From Betaproteobacteria bacterium Ga0077532 (GTDB lineage Bacteria > Pseudomonadota > Gammaproteobacteria > Burkholderiales > Ga0077523), in contig LNEE01000040.1 of the NCBI GenBank assembly GCA_001464895.1, forward strand, positions 37,415-101,414: DNA of 64,000 nt, read 5' to 3'. How positions within the stretch are numbered: position 1 is the first letter of the stretch; each line of letters opens with the position of its first letter. A program made the position numbers and the translations under genes. Shown here piece by piece: positions 56,580 to 64,000 of the stretch. Below the pieces are notes generated by a model that ran no database searches, was not told the origin of the DNA, and saw nothing but the letters and a program-made list of their open reading frames with translations.

Positions 56580-56610
56580 CATCCGCCATCGAAAGACACG
56601 AGGAAGCACC

Positions 56611-57378
56611 ATGGCGCAATCAAAAGCGGGGCAGCGCGTCGCCCTGATCACGGGGGCCGCGAAGGGCATCGGCGCAGCCATCGCGGATCGTCTCGCGCGG
56701 GACGGCATGCATGTGCTGATCGGCGACATCGACGACGCCGAGGCTGCAGCCACTGCAACGTCACTGACGCAGGCCGGGTTCGCGGCTTCGCCGCTGCATC
56801 TGGACGTCGGTAACGCCGATTCGGTTGCCGCGGCCTTCGCCGGGATCGACCGGCGCTGGGGTCGCTGCGATGTCGTCGTGAACAATGCCGGCATCGCGAA
56901 GACGGCACCGTTCGTCGACTTTCCGCTCGACAGCTGGGAGGCGCATCTGCGCGTGAACGTGACCGGCGTGCTGCTGTGTTCTCAGCACGGCGCGCGCCTC
57001 ATGCAGCGCGCGCGTTGGGGTCGCATCGTGAACATCGCGTCCGTGGCCGGCATGCGCGCCGTCGGCGTCGGGCGCACCGGCTACGGCACGTCGAAGGCAG
57101 CCGTCATCGGCCTCACGCGGCAGATGGCGGTGGAGCTGGCCGAGTTCGGGATCACCGCGAATGCAGTGGCGCCGGGTCCGGTCGACACGCCGATGACGCG
57201 CGTCCTGCATTCGCCGGAGTTCCGCCAGGCGTACACGGACGCCATCCCGATGGCCCGCTACGGGACGCAGGACGAGATCGCGGCCGCCGTGGCGTACTTC
57301 GTCTCCGATGCGGCCGGCTATGTGACGGGTATCGCGATGCCGATCGACGGCGGGTTCCTGGCGTCGGGGGCGCGGTAG
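56611..57378 (+). CDS. short-chain dehydrogenase/reductase (SDR)
   Basis: ITGAAKGIGAA, NNAG and YGTSKAA. Confidence 0.9.
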   Translation: MAQSKAGQRVALITGAAKGIGAAIADRLARDGMHVLIGDIDDAEAAATATSLTQAGFAASPLHLDVGNADSVAAAFAGIDRRWGRCDVVVNNAGIAKTAPFVDFPLDSWEAHLRVNVTGVLLCSQHGARLMQRARWGRIVNIASVAGMRAVGVGRTGYGTSKAAVIGLTRQMAVELAEFGITANAVAPGPVDTPMTRVLHSPEFRQAYTDAIPMARYGTQDEIAAAVAYFVSDAAGYVTGIAMPIDGGFLASGAR

Positions 57379-57453
57379 GGTGGTTGGTCCTGCACACCGA
57401 CATTCGCCCGGGGCTCGGAACCGCAGTTCGAATCTCCGTCGGAGTGCATCCCC

Positions 57454-58410
57454 ATGAAGTCCTTCGTTGCACCGTTCGCTCTGGCGCTGGCCGCGACCCT
57501 GGCCCCACCCACCCTCGCCGACGCGCCCATCCCCGCCTGGGCCTACCCCGTGAATCCCCCGGGGGCACCGCCACCGGACGACGGCACCCCACTCTCCGTA
57601 CCTGGCAGTGACCGACGTTTCACGATGACGCAGTTGCGCGATCTCACGAGCGTGCCCGACTGGCATCCGGACGATCACCCACCCATGCCGCCGAGCGTGG
57701 CAACCAGCGCGGGGAAGGGCGTGTATGCCTGCGGCTTCTGTCATCTCCCGAACGGTCTGGGACGGCCCGAGAACTCGAGCCTCGCGGGGCTGCCGGCCGA
57801 GTACATCGTGAAGCAGGTCGAGGCGTTCCGCAGCGGCGCGCGCAGGAGTGCCGAGCCTCGATCGTTGCCGATCAACATCATGATCGGCGTGGCTCAGGCC
57901 GCCACGGACGCCGAAGTGCGCGAGGCCGCCGAGTATTTCGCGGCGCTGCCCGCGCGGCCATGGATCCGTGTCGTCGAGGCCGACGTCGTGCCGATGACCC
58001 ACGTCGCCGGATGGATGCTGGTGGCTTCCGAACCGGCGGCCACCGAACCCATCGGCGAGCGGATCATCGAGATGCCCGAAAACCTCGAACGCACGGAGCG
58101 CCGCGATTCGAGATCGGGCTTCGTCGCATACGTGCCCACAGGGAGCATCGCGCGCGGCGAGGCACTCGTCACGACGGGCGGCGGTCGGACCACAGCGTGC
58201 GGCATCTGCCACGGCGCCGATCTGCGGGGACTCGGGCCGGTGCCCGCACTGGCGGGGCGCTCGCCGAGCTATCTCGCGCGCCAGCTCCACGACATGCGGC
58301 GCGGCCTGCGCGGCGGCGGGTGGGCGGTGCTCATGCAACCGGTGGTGGCCGGGCTCTCGGACGGCGACATCATCGACCTCGCGGCGTACATGGCGTCGCG
58401 AGCACCCTGA
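57454..58410 (+). CDS. periplasmic dihaem c-type cytochrome
   Basis: Signal MKSFVAPFALALAATLAPPTLA. Two CxxCH motifs (CGFCH, CGICH). Confidence 0.8.
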   Translation: MKSFVAPFALALAATLAPPTLADAPIPAWAYPVNPPGAPPPDDGTPLSVPGSDRRFTMTQLRDLTSVPDWHPDDHPPMPPSVATSAGKGVYACGFCHLPNGLGRPENSSLAGLPAEYIVKQVEAFRSGARRSAEPRSLPINIMIGVAQAATDAEVREAAEYFAALPARPWIRVVEADVVPMTHVAGWMLVASEPAATEPIGERIIEMPENLERTERRDSRSGFVAYVPTGSIARGEALVTTGGGRTTACGICHGADLRGLGPVPALAGRSPSYLARQLHDMRRGLRGGGWAVLMQPVVAGLSDGDIIDLAAYMASRAP

Positions 58411-58418
58411 AGGGGCGT

Positions 58419-59027
58419 TCAGGCGCCGCCGTCGTCGTCTGCCGTGTTCCGGCCGGCATCCTCGCGGCATTGCCGCCGCAGTGCCGCCCAGCCATCGGCG
58501 CCGAGTGATTCCATCGTCGCGATGTTCGTCTCGTAGATCGCGTCGGCTTCCGGGAATGCCTGGACGGCGCGGTCGATGCTCGTTTCGCGGAGCAGGTGGA
58601 GAGTGGGGTGGGGCGCGCGGTTGGTCGCGTTGCCCATGTCGTCCGGTGCCGTCCCCGCGAACTGGTAGTCGGGATGGAAACTCGCCACCTGGATCACGCC
58701 GTCCAGACCCATCGCTGCAACGACGGCGTCGGCCTCGTCGAGGAAATCGTTGTAGTCCAGGAAGTCCTGCAGCACCCGCGGATGCACGAGCAGCGTCGTC
58801 TCGAGCGTGGAGGCGTCGGTGTCGCGCAGGCGCTCCAGCTCCGTGACCAGAACGTCGCGCAGGGCATCGGTATCGGTCGCCTCGGTGGCGACGTATCGGA
58901 TGAGCCGCTTCACCTGCACCGCTTTCGCGAACGGGCAGAGGTTGAGACCGATGACGGCGCGGTCCACCCATGCTCGAACCTCGGCGAGGGCATGCTCCGG
59001 CGACACTGCAGGGGAGACATCTTTCAT
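58419..59027 (-). CDS. DUF1415-family protein
   Basis: ATG at 59027. GLNLCPFAK ... FHPDYQF ... NATNRAPHPTLHLL is a pattern I recognise as DUF1415. Confidence 0.7.
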   Translation of the reverse strand: MKDVSPAVSPEHALAEVRAWVDRAVIGLNLCPFAKAVQVKRLIRYVATEATDTDALRDVLVTELERLRDTDASTLETTLLVHPRVLQDFLDYNDFLDEADAVVAAMGLDGVIQVASFHPDYQFAGTAPDDMGNATNRAPHPTLHLLRETSIDRAVQAFPEADAIYETNIATMESLGADGWAALRRQCREDAGRNTADDDGGA

Positions 59028-59430
59028 CTCCGGATTATGCCTTCGCCGGGACGTCGGATGCCGCGGGAGCGAGGCCTGTCGGGCGCGCTTCCGGACTGCG
59101 ACGATCGGACGCGCGGGGGGCTTCCCGGAGGTGCAGGACATCGCCCTATAATCGCCCGACCTATCCCGGCGAGCGATACGCTGACCGGTACGTTTCAGCG
59201 GGAGAGGTGCCTGGTGCCCGACTCCTGCGCCGAAGTGCGCGCCGTACCGAGAGATCCGGCCTCAGAGACCAGGCAGGTCGCACGACGCATCGGGATCAGG
59301 GAGCCGACGAGCTTCCGCATACCGTCCACAAGACCAAGCCGGACATCGGTGCATGGTGCGCGCACCGGTGATCGCAGGCGGCAAGCCCGAGCGTCGGTCC
59401 GCATCGGAGGCAGCAGAAGGGGGAGCAACG

Positions 59431-60027
59431 ATGACACGCGAAGGGGAGGGGTCCCGTCGGCGGCAGGGTTGCGGCGGACGCAGGGAGGGTCTGGAAGCAC
59501 TCGGGCGCATTGCATCTTTCATGGACGACGCGGCTGCGCGTTCGAGCTGGCCCCGCGACCCCGGTGGTTGCGGCACGGTCACCTTGCCGGCGCCCGATGG
59601 TGCCGACCTGGAGGTCGTGCGCAGGTGGTCACGCGGCAGGCCGCTGGTCACGCAGGCGCATGGCGGGCCTTCCGGGGGCTACGACGAGCTGGGGATGGTG
59701 GCGCACACGGTGCTCCGCTATCACGCGCATCTGCTCACTGATTTCGAACGCAAGGCCATCGTCGCTTTCGACGCCCGCTGGCGGATCGCCCTGGCACGCG
59801 ATCCGGAGGTCATGCATCACCAGCTTCGGCGCGCCGGGGTGTTCGACACGCCCGGCCTCGGCGCGGTGATGTCGCGCGGTTACGAGACCTTCTGCCGGGA
59901 CATCGCCGCCCGCGTACTCTTCGAGCATGCTGGCGACCTCGTGCTGAATCGATGCCCGCAGTGCGATCGCATCGTTCGTACGCCCAGGGCGAGGCAGTGC
60001 TTGTGGTGTTTCCACGACTGGCATTGA
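59431..60027 (+). CDS. hypothetical protein with a C-terminal CxxC...CxxC zinc-ribbon-like motif; start uncertain
   Basis: ATG at 59431 lies 6 nt after AAGGGGGAG. The C-terminal half (LRYHAHLLTDFERKAIVAF ... CPQCDRIVRTPRARQCLWCFHDWH) looks protein-like. The N-terminal ~60 aa are Arg/Gly-rich. Confidence 0.4.
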   Translation: MTREGEGSRRRQGCGGRREGLEALGRIASFMDDAAARSSWPRDPGGCGTVTLPAPDGADLEVVRRWSRGRPLVTQAHGGPSGGYDELGMVAHTVLRYHAHLLTDFERKAIVAFDARWRIALARDPEVMHHQLRRAGVFDTPGLGAVMSRGYETFCRDIAARVLFEHAGDLVLNRCPQCDRIVRTPRARQCLWCFHDWH

Positions 60028-60544
60028 GCGCGTACCCGGCGCTGGGTTGTCCGACTCGTCTTGCCGCGCGTATGCTCGTGTCGTGAATCCGGCCGGCCCG
60101 GAGTCGGGCTTTCCGCCATTCCCGGAGCGCAATTCCCGGAACGAGTTCCCCGGGCGCATTTTCCGACGCGCAGCATGCCGCGTCGCTTCGAACACGTCTT
60201 CACGGCGCCTTCTCCCGCGCCGTCCTGTTCACGGTGCCACAACCTGGTGGCCGCACCGCCCTGAGTCCTGACGTCGACCGCGACGTCCTGTGCGATGGCC
60301 CGCCTGCGACGCGTTGCCGCAGGCGTCGGCATTTCCAGCCTTTCCCGCTGTGCGCGCCTTCGCCCGCGCGCCACCGCCGACGTCGCGACTGCCTTCAATC
60401 ACGATGGGGCTGCCGCGTGCAGGACTGGGCAGGGCTTGCTTCGCGAATGCGTTGGCTGCCGTGTCGGGTCGTGGTTCGGGCCGACGGCGCCGTCGCTTGG
60501 TCCAGTGCCGCGCGCCGGAGAGAGGGGGGGCTGCCGTGGGAGAC

Positions 60545-61009
60545 ATGCTGAATCGCTGGCTGCATTCCGGACGGATGGTGCTCGTGGGCATCGCACTGCT
60601 TGCCGCGGCGGTTCCCGTGGCGAGCCGATGGTCCTTGCTGGCAACCGTGGAGACCTACGATGCCCGCCTCGCGGGTGCGCAGCAGGTGCCGCCCGTGCGG
60701 CAGAGCGCAGGCCATGGCGCCGGGGTCTTCTTCGTCCGCAACGATCGCACCCTGGAAGGTCATGTCGAGACGTCCGGCATCGACGCCACCATCGCCCATC
60801 TGCACGAAGGGGCAGTCGGGCGGCTGGGCCCCGTCATCGTCCCGCTCGCGAGGCAGGCCGACACCTTCGTCGTTCCGCCCGACACGCGACTCACGGAAAG
60901 TCAGATGGCCAGCCTTCGGGCGGGAGAGGTGTACGTGAGTGTCCGCAGCGCCCGGTATCCGGACGGGGAACTCCGGGCGCAGCTCATTCTGATGGCGGGG
61001 CAGTTCTGA
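60545..61009 (+). CDS. CHRD-domain protein (secreted/anchored)
   Basis: An N-terminal hydrophobic segment, then L.G.QQVPP.....GHGAGVFF ... AHLHEGAVG..GPVIVPL ... GEVYVSVRSARYPDGELRAQL, which is the CHRD pattern. Confidence 0.7.
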   Translation: MLNRWLHSGRMVLVGIALLAAAVPVASRWSLLATVETYDARLAGAQQVPPVRQSAGHGAGVFFVRNDRTLEGHVETSGIDATIAHLHEGAVGRLGPVIVPLARQADTFVVPPDTRLTESQMASLRAGEVYVSVRSARYPDGELRAQLILMAGQF

Positions 61010-61053
61010 GAGGGTGATCGGGGACGACCTGCCGCTTGCCGCCCGCGTTCACT

Positions 61054-63225
61054 TCAGGCGGCGCGGGAGGGCTCTCGGATCGTGGCGGTCCACCGCTCGA
61101 TGATGGCGCGAAGGAGATCCACCGTGAACGGCTTGCCGAGGTGGTCATCCATGCCCGCGGCGAGGCAAAGCTCGCGATCCCCGGCGAGTGCATTCGCCGT
61201 CAGCGCCACCACCGGGGTGCGCGGGCGTGCGAGGTCGGCTTCGAGAGAGCGGATCGCGCGCGTCGCGTCGTAGCCGTCCATCACGGGCATCTGGCAGTCC
61301 ATCAGCACCAGATCGTAGTTGCCGCCGCGCCATCGCTCCACGGCGACTGCCCCGTCGACAGCGAGGTCCACCTCGCAGCCGAGCCGCTTCAACAGCGTCG
61401 AAGCGATCTGCTGGTTCACGGGGTTGTCCTCGACGAGCAGGATGCGCCGACGGATGGGAGCGCGTACCGCCGGCGGCGGGCTGGCCGATCGGGCGGTCGA
61501 GCCAGGGTCGGCGAGCGCGTCGACGAGCGCGGCGCGGCGCAGCGGGTGCGGGATCACCGCGTGGACCGCCAGCTGGGACGAAGGCTCACCGGTGTGCCCA
61601 GCAGGTGCCGTCACGAGAATCCGCCAGCGCGCCGCGGATTCCCCGGGAGGCCGAAGCGGGAGATCCCGCCATGCGGGCTCGAGGGTCGCTGCCGCCGGGA
61701 CGAGCCATGTGTTCGGAGCGCTCCCCTCGCGGATGGCCGTCGCGAGGTCTGCAACGGATTCGAAGATCACCGCCGATGCCCCGCAACCCGCCAGGAGTTC
61801 CTCGAGGATAGTGCGGACACGGGGGGCGGCCCGCACCAGCGCGACGCGTTGCGTCACTGACGAGTTCTGCTGGTGTGCCACGGCGTCGAGCGCGACCGGC
61901 AGGATGAAATGAAAACAGGATCCCTCGCCCGGGACGCTGTCGATGCTGATCCGCCCGCCCATCAGCCGGACGAGTTCCGCGCTGATGGCGAGTCCGAGCC
62001 CGGTGCCGCCGAAGACGCGGGTGGTCGTGTCGTCGGCCTGCACGAAGGCGCGGAAGAGTCGGTCGCAGGTGGCGGCGTCGATCCCGATCCCGGTGTCGAT
62101 GATGCGGAACAGCAGTCCGCCCGACCCGCCGTCCGCGCGGACCACCTCCAACGCAACCTCGCCCGACGCGGTGAACTTCACCGCATTGCTGAGCAGGTTC
62201 GAGAGGATCTGCCGCAGGCGCAGCGGATCGCCGTGCACGGTGGCCGGCAGGTCAGGCGCGACGCGGCACGTGCAGGTGAGGCCCTTCTCGGCGGCGTCCG
62301 GGGCGAACAACTCGGCCACGCTCTCCACGACCTCCCGCAGGTCGAACGGGATGTGCTCCAGGGTCACCCGGCCCGCCTCGATCTTGGAGTAATCGAGCAC
62401 ATCGTTCACGAGGGCGACCAGCGTGTTGCCGCTCTGCCGCAGCACGCCCACGAACCGCTCCTGTTCAGCCGTGAGCGGTGTTGCGGCGAGCACGTCGGCA
62501 GCACCGAGGACCCCGTTCAGCGGCGTGCGGATCTCGTGGCTCATGTTCGCGAGGAAGCGCGACTTCTCGCGCACGGCTGCCAACGCCTTGTCGCGCGCCT
62601 CGGAGAACTCCTCGTTCTGGGCGTGCAGCTGAATGACGGCCTGCTGGCGGGCCCGGTTCACCAGGAAGAGCAGTGTGAAGATGACGAGGAAGAGGCCGGG
62701 CTGGCTCACCACGTACAGCATCTCGGGGTCGACGCCACGGTGCGTCGCGAACGCGTGCCCCGACAGCGTCATGCCGCCCATCACGAACATCTCGACGAGC
62801 ACGATCCCGAACCAGACATAGGCCCGGCTCGACAGGCCGGCGATGCTGAGAGCGAGCGGGACGATCATCAGCCACGGGGCCACTGCGGAGGACAGCCCGC
62901 CCTGGTGCCAGGTGAGGTACGACGTAAGCGTGAAGATCACGGCCGACATGCCCTGTAGTGCGATCTGAACGCTGCGGGTGGCGAAGTAGAGCGGCAGGGT
63001 CGCCAGTCCGCCGATCATGCCCATACCGATGGCCATCGCGCCCACGGGCTCTTTCAGAACGAGCGCGTAGACCGGAACGTAGAAGAGGGCCGCCAGCGTC
63101 AACGCGAGCAGGGCGATGACATAGATCTGCAACTGGTACGCCGTCTCGCGGCCGGCCGTGTCGGCCGCGCCACCGATGACGCGCACCAGTCTCCGGATCC
63201 AGTCGATGCTTCGCGGTTCTGTCAT
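61054..63225 (-). CDS. hybrid sensor histidine kinase/response regulator with a polytopic N-terminal sensor region
   Basis: ATG at 63225. About 6 TM segments. H-box SHEIRTPLNG. N/G boxes NLLSNAVKFT, DTGIGI, GGTGLGLAIS. C-terminal receiver ILLVEDNPVN..DLVLMDCQMPVMDG. Confidence 0.9.
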   Translation of the reverse strand: MTEPRSIDWIRRLVRVIGGAADTAGRETAYQLQIYVIALLALTLAALFYVPVYALVLKEPVGAMAIGMGMIGGLATLPLYFATRSVQIALQGMSAVIFTLTSYLTWHQGGLSSAVAPWLMIVPLALSIAGLSSRAYVWFGIVLVEMFVMGGMTLSGHAFATHRGVDPEMLYVVSQPGLFLVIFTLLFLVNRARQQAVIQLHAQNEEFSEARDKALAAVREKSRFLANMSHEIRTPLNGVLGAADVLAATPLTAEQERFVGVLRQSGNTLVALVNDVLDYSKIEAGRVTLEHIPFDLREVVESVAELFAPDAAEKGLTCTCRVAPDLPATVHGDPLRLRQILSNLLSNAVKFTASGEVALEVVRADGGSGGLLFRIIDTGIGIDAATCDRLFRAFVQADDTTTRVFGGTGLGLAISAELVRLMGGRISIDSVPGEGSCFHFILPVALDAVAHQQNSSVTQRVALVRAAPRVRTILEELLAGCGASAVIFESVADLATAIREGSAPNTWLVPAAATLEPAWRDLPLRPPGESAARWRILVTAPAGHTGEPSSQLAVHAVIPHPLRRAALVDALADPGSTARSASPPPAVRAPIRRRILLVEDNPVNQQIASTLLKRLGCEVDLAVDGAVAVERWRGGNYDLVLMDCQMPVMDGYDATRAIRSLEADLARPRTPVVALTANALAGDRELCLAAGMDDHLGKPFTVDLLRAIIERWTATIREPSRAA

Positions 63226-63521
63226 CACGTGGTTAGCGGCATCGCGCCCGTGGCGTTGAGGGGCGAGATGCGCGTGCAGCCTCCAGTGCGACGGCTTCCG
63301 AGGGGCAGCTTGCCGGGTGCCCGACCGTCGTTGTGCTCGATTATGGGGTGCCACGCCCGTTTGCGGGGCGTCCAGTGACCAATGCATAACGAGTCGGTGG
63401 ACGGAAGCGATTGAAATCCCGCGGGTTCTGCCGGTGGGTCTCCGGCTGGCGCCATGGCTCCGGATTTGCAGTGTCGGGACTGCCGCCAACGGCGTGCCCC
63501 GACCCAGGAACCGAAGTCGCC

Positions 63522-64000
63522 ATGACCCTCGCCGCCGTCGACGCACAACCTGCCCCCATCGCCATCGACCCGGCGCGCACTGCGCTGATCGTGATCGACA
63601 TGCAGCGCGACTTCCTCGAACCGGGGGGCTTCGGCGAGACGCTGGGCAACGACATCTCGCTGCTCGCTGCGGCCGTCGAGCCGTGTCGTGCCCTCATTGC
63701 CGGCTTCCGACGGCACGGCCTGCTGGTTATCCACACCCGGGAAGGGCATCGCCCCGACCTCTCCGATGCACCGCGCGCCAAGGTGGAGCGCGGCGAGCCG
63801 CGGCTGCGCATCGGCGCGCAGGGGCCCATGGGTCGCATCCTGGTCCGCGGGGAACCCGGCCACGACATCATCCCTGCCCTCTACCCGATCGACGGCGAGC
63901 CGGTCATCGACAAGCCGGGCAAGGGCGCCTTCCACGCGACGGATCTCCACCAGATCCTTCTCAACGACGACATCGAGAACCTCGTCGTCTGCGGCGTCAC
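63522..64000 (+). CDS. isochorismatase-family cysteine hydrolase; 3' end outside the window
   Basis: My own translation from the ATG at 63522 gives [38 protein letters not shown]...[14 protein letters not shown]...NLVVCGVT. It is not in the ORF track because no stop is reached. Confidence 0.8.
   Translation, partial: MTLAAVDAQPAPIAIDPARTALIVIDMQRDFLEPGGFGETLGNDISLLAAAVEPCRALIAGFRRHGLLVIHTREGHRPDLSDAPRAKVERGEPRLRIGAQGPMGRILVRGEPGHDIIPALYPIDGEPVIDKPGKGAFHATDLHQILLNDDIENLVVCGV

Noticed and set aside
59141-59430. A housekeeping structured RNA (RNase P RNA, tmRNA, SRP RNA) or cobalamin riboswitch downstream of a TATAAT.
   Set aside because: The hallmark cores are absent: GAGGAAAGUCC / ACAGAACCCGGCUUA, the tRNA-like end with a tag ORF, GGAAGCAGCC, and the B12 box. 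A single TATAAT hexamer is expected by chance in 64 kb.

Overview
This is a GC-rich, densely coding proteobacterial chromosome segment (GC judged by eye, not computed; taxon not determined). I called genes by reading the supplied six-frame ORFs for family motifs and checking starts against the DNA. Many long ORFs in the track are antisense shadows of real genes.

Gene content in order:
- 1-4065: IlvD/Edd dehydratase (5' partial), a small secreted protein, an orphan gcvH and a sulfatase.
- 4271-12177: a five-gene, translationally coupled MoxR / DUF58 / BatA_N / vWA envelope cluster.
- 12485-17557: a degenerate GGDEF protein, mscL, an NlpC/P60 + M20 peptidase pair, and an OmpA lipoprotein with TSP3 repeats.
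- 17708-29792: two tandem acyl-CoA ligases divergent from a Liv-type ABC importer, an SDR, a CZB protein and metY.
- 29870-34792: a copper cluster (His/Cys-rich protein, TolC-like OMP, Tat multicopper oxidase, CcdA, thioredoxin).
- 35078-37099: a HisD paralogue and cytochrome c4.
- 37413-40610: tRNA-Leu(CAA) followed by a decayed island (P4-type integrase stub abutting an inverted Rhs/YD fragment, an intact antitoxin/VapC pair, two SAM methyltransferases).
- 40953-46673: an amidase with an AtzG/GatC-like partner ORF, then a GbsR-type regulator with cydAB.
- 47004-53509: an internally duplicated OMP-like protein, an APH-like kinase, zwf, psd and a BON lipoprotein.
- 53543-64000: a TRAP transporter, SDR and dihaem cytochrome c; DUF1415; a CHRD protein; a hybrid histidine kinase; and an isochorismatase-family gene (3' partial).

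The main structure not explained by genes is two dispersed REP/BIME-like repeat families at nine intergenic loci. Both form tandem arrays with a period of about 128-131 bp. One is a 7-unit array that has no stop codon in any of the six frames.

I do not see a convincing, self-contained novel multi-gene system. The best leads are the repeat arrays, the amidase/AtzG-like pair, the MoxR-vWA cluster, the copper cluster and a sulfatase with a non-canonical active-site motif. No database searches or computations were possible, so all family calls rest on motif recognition.
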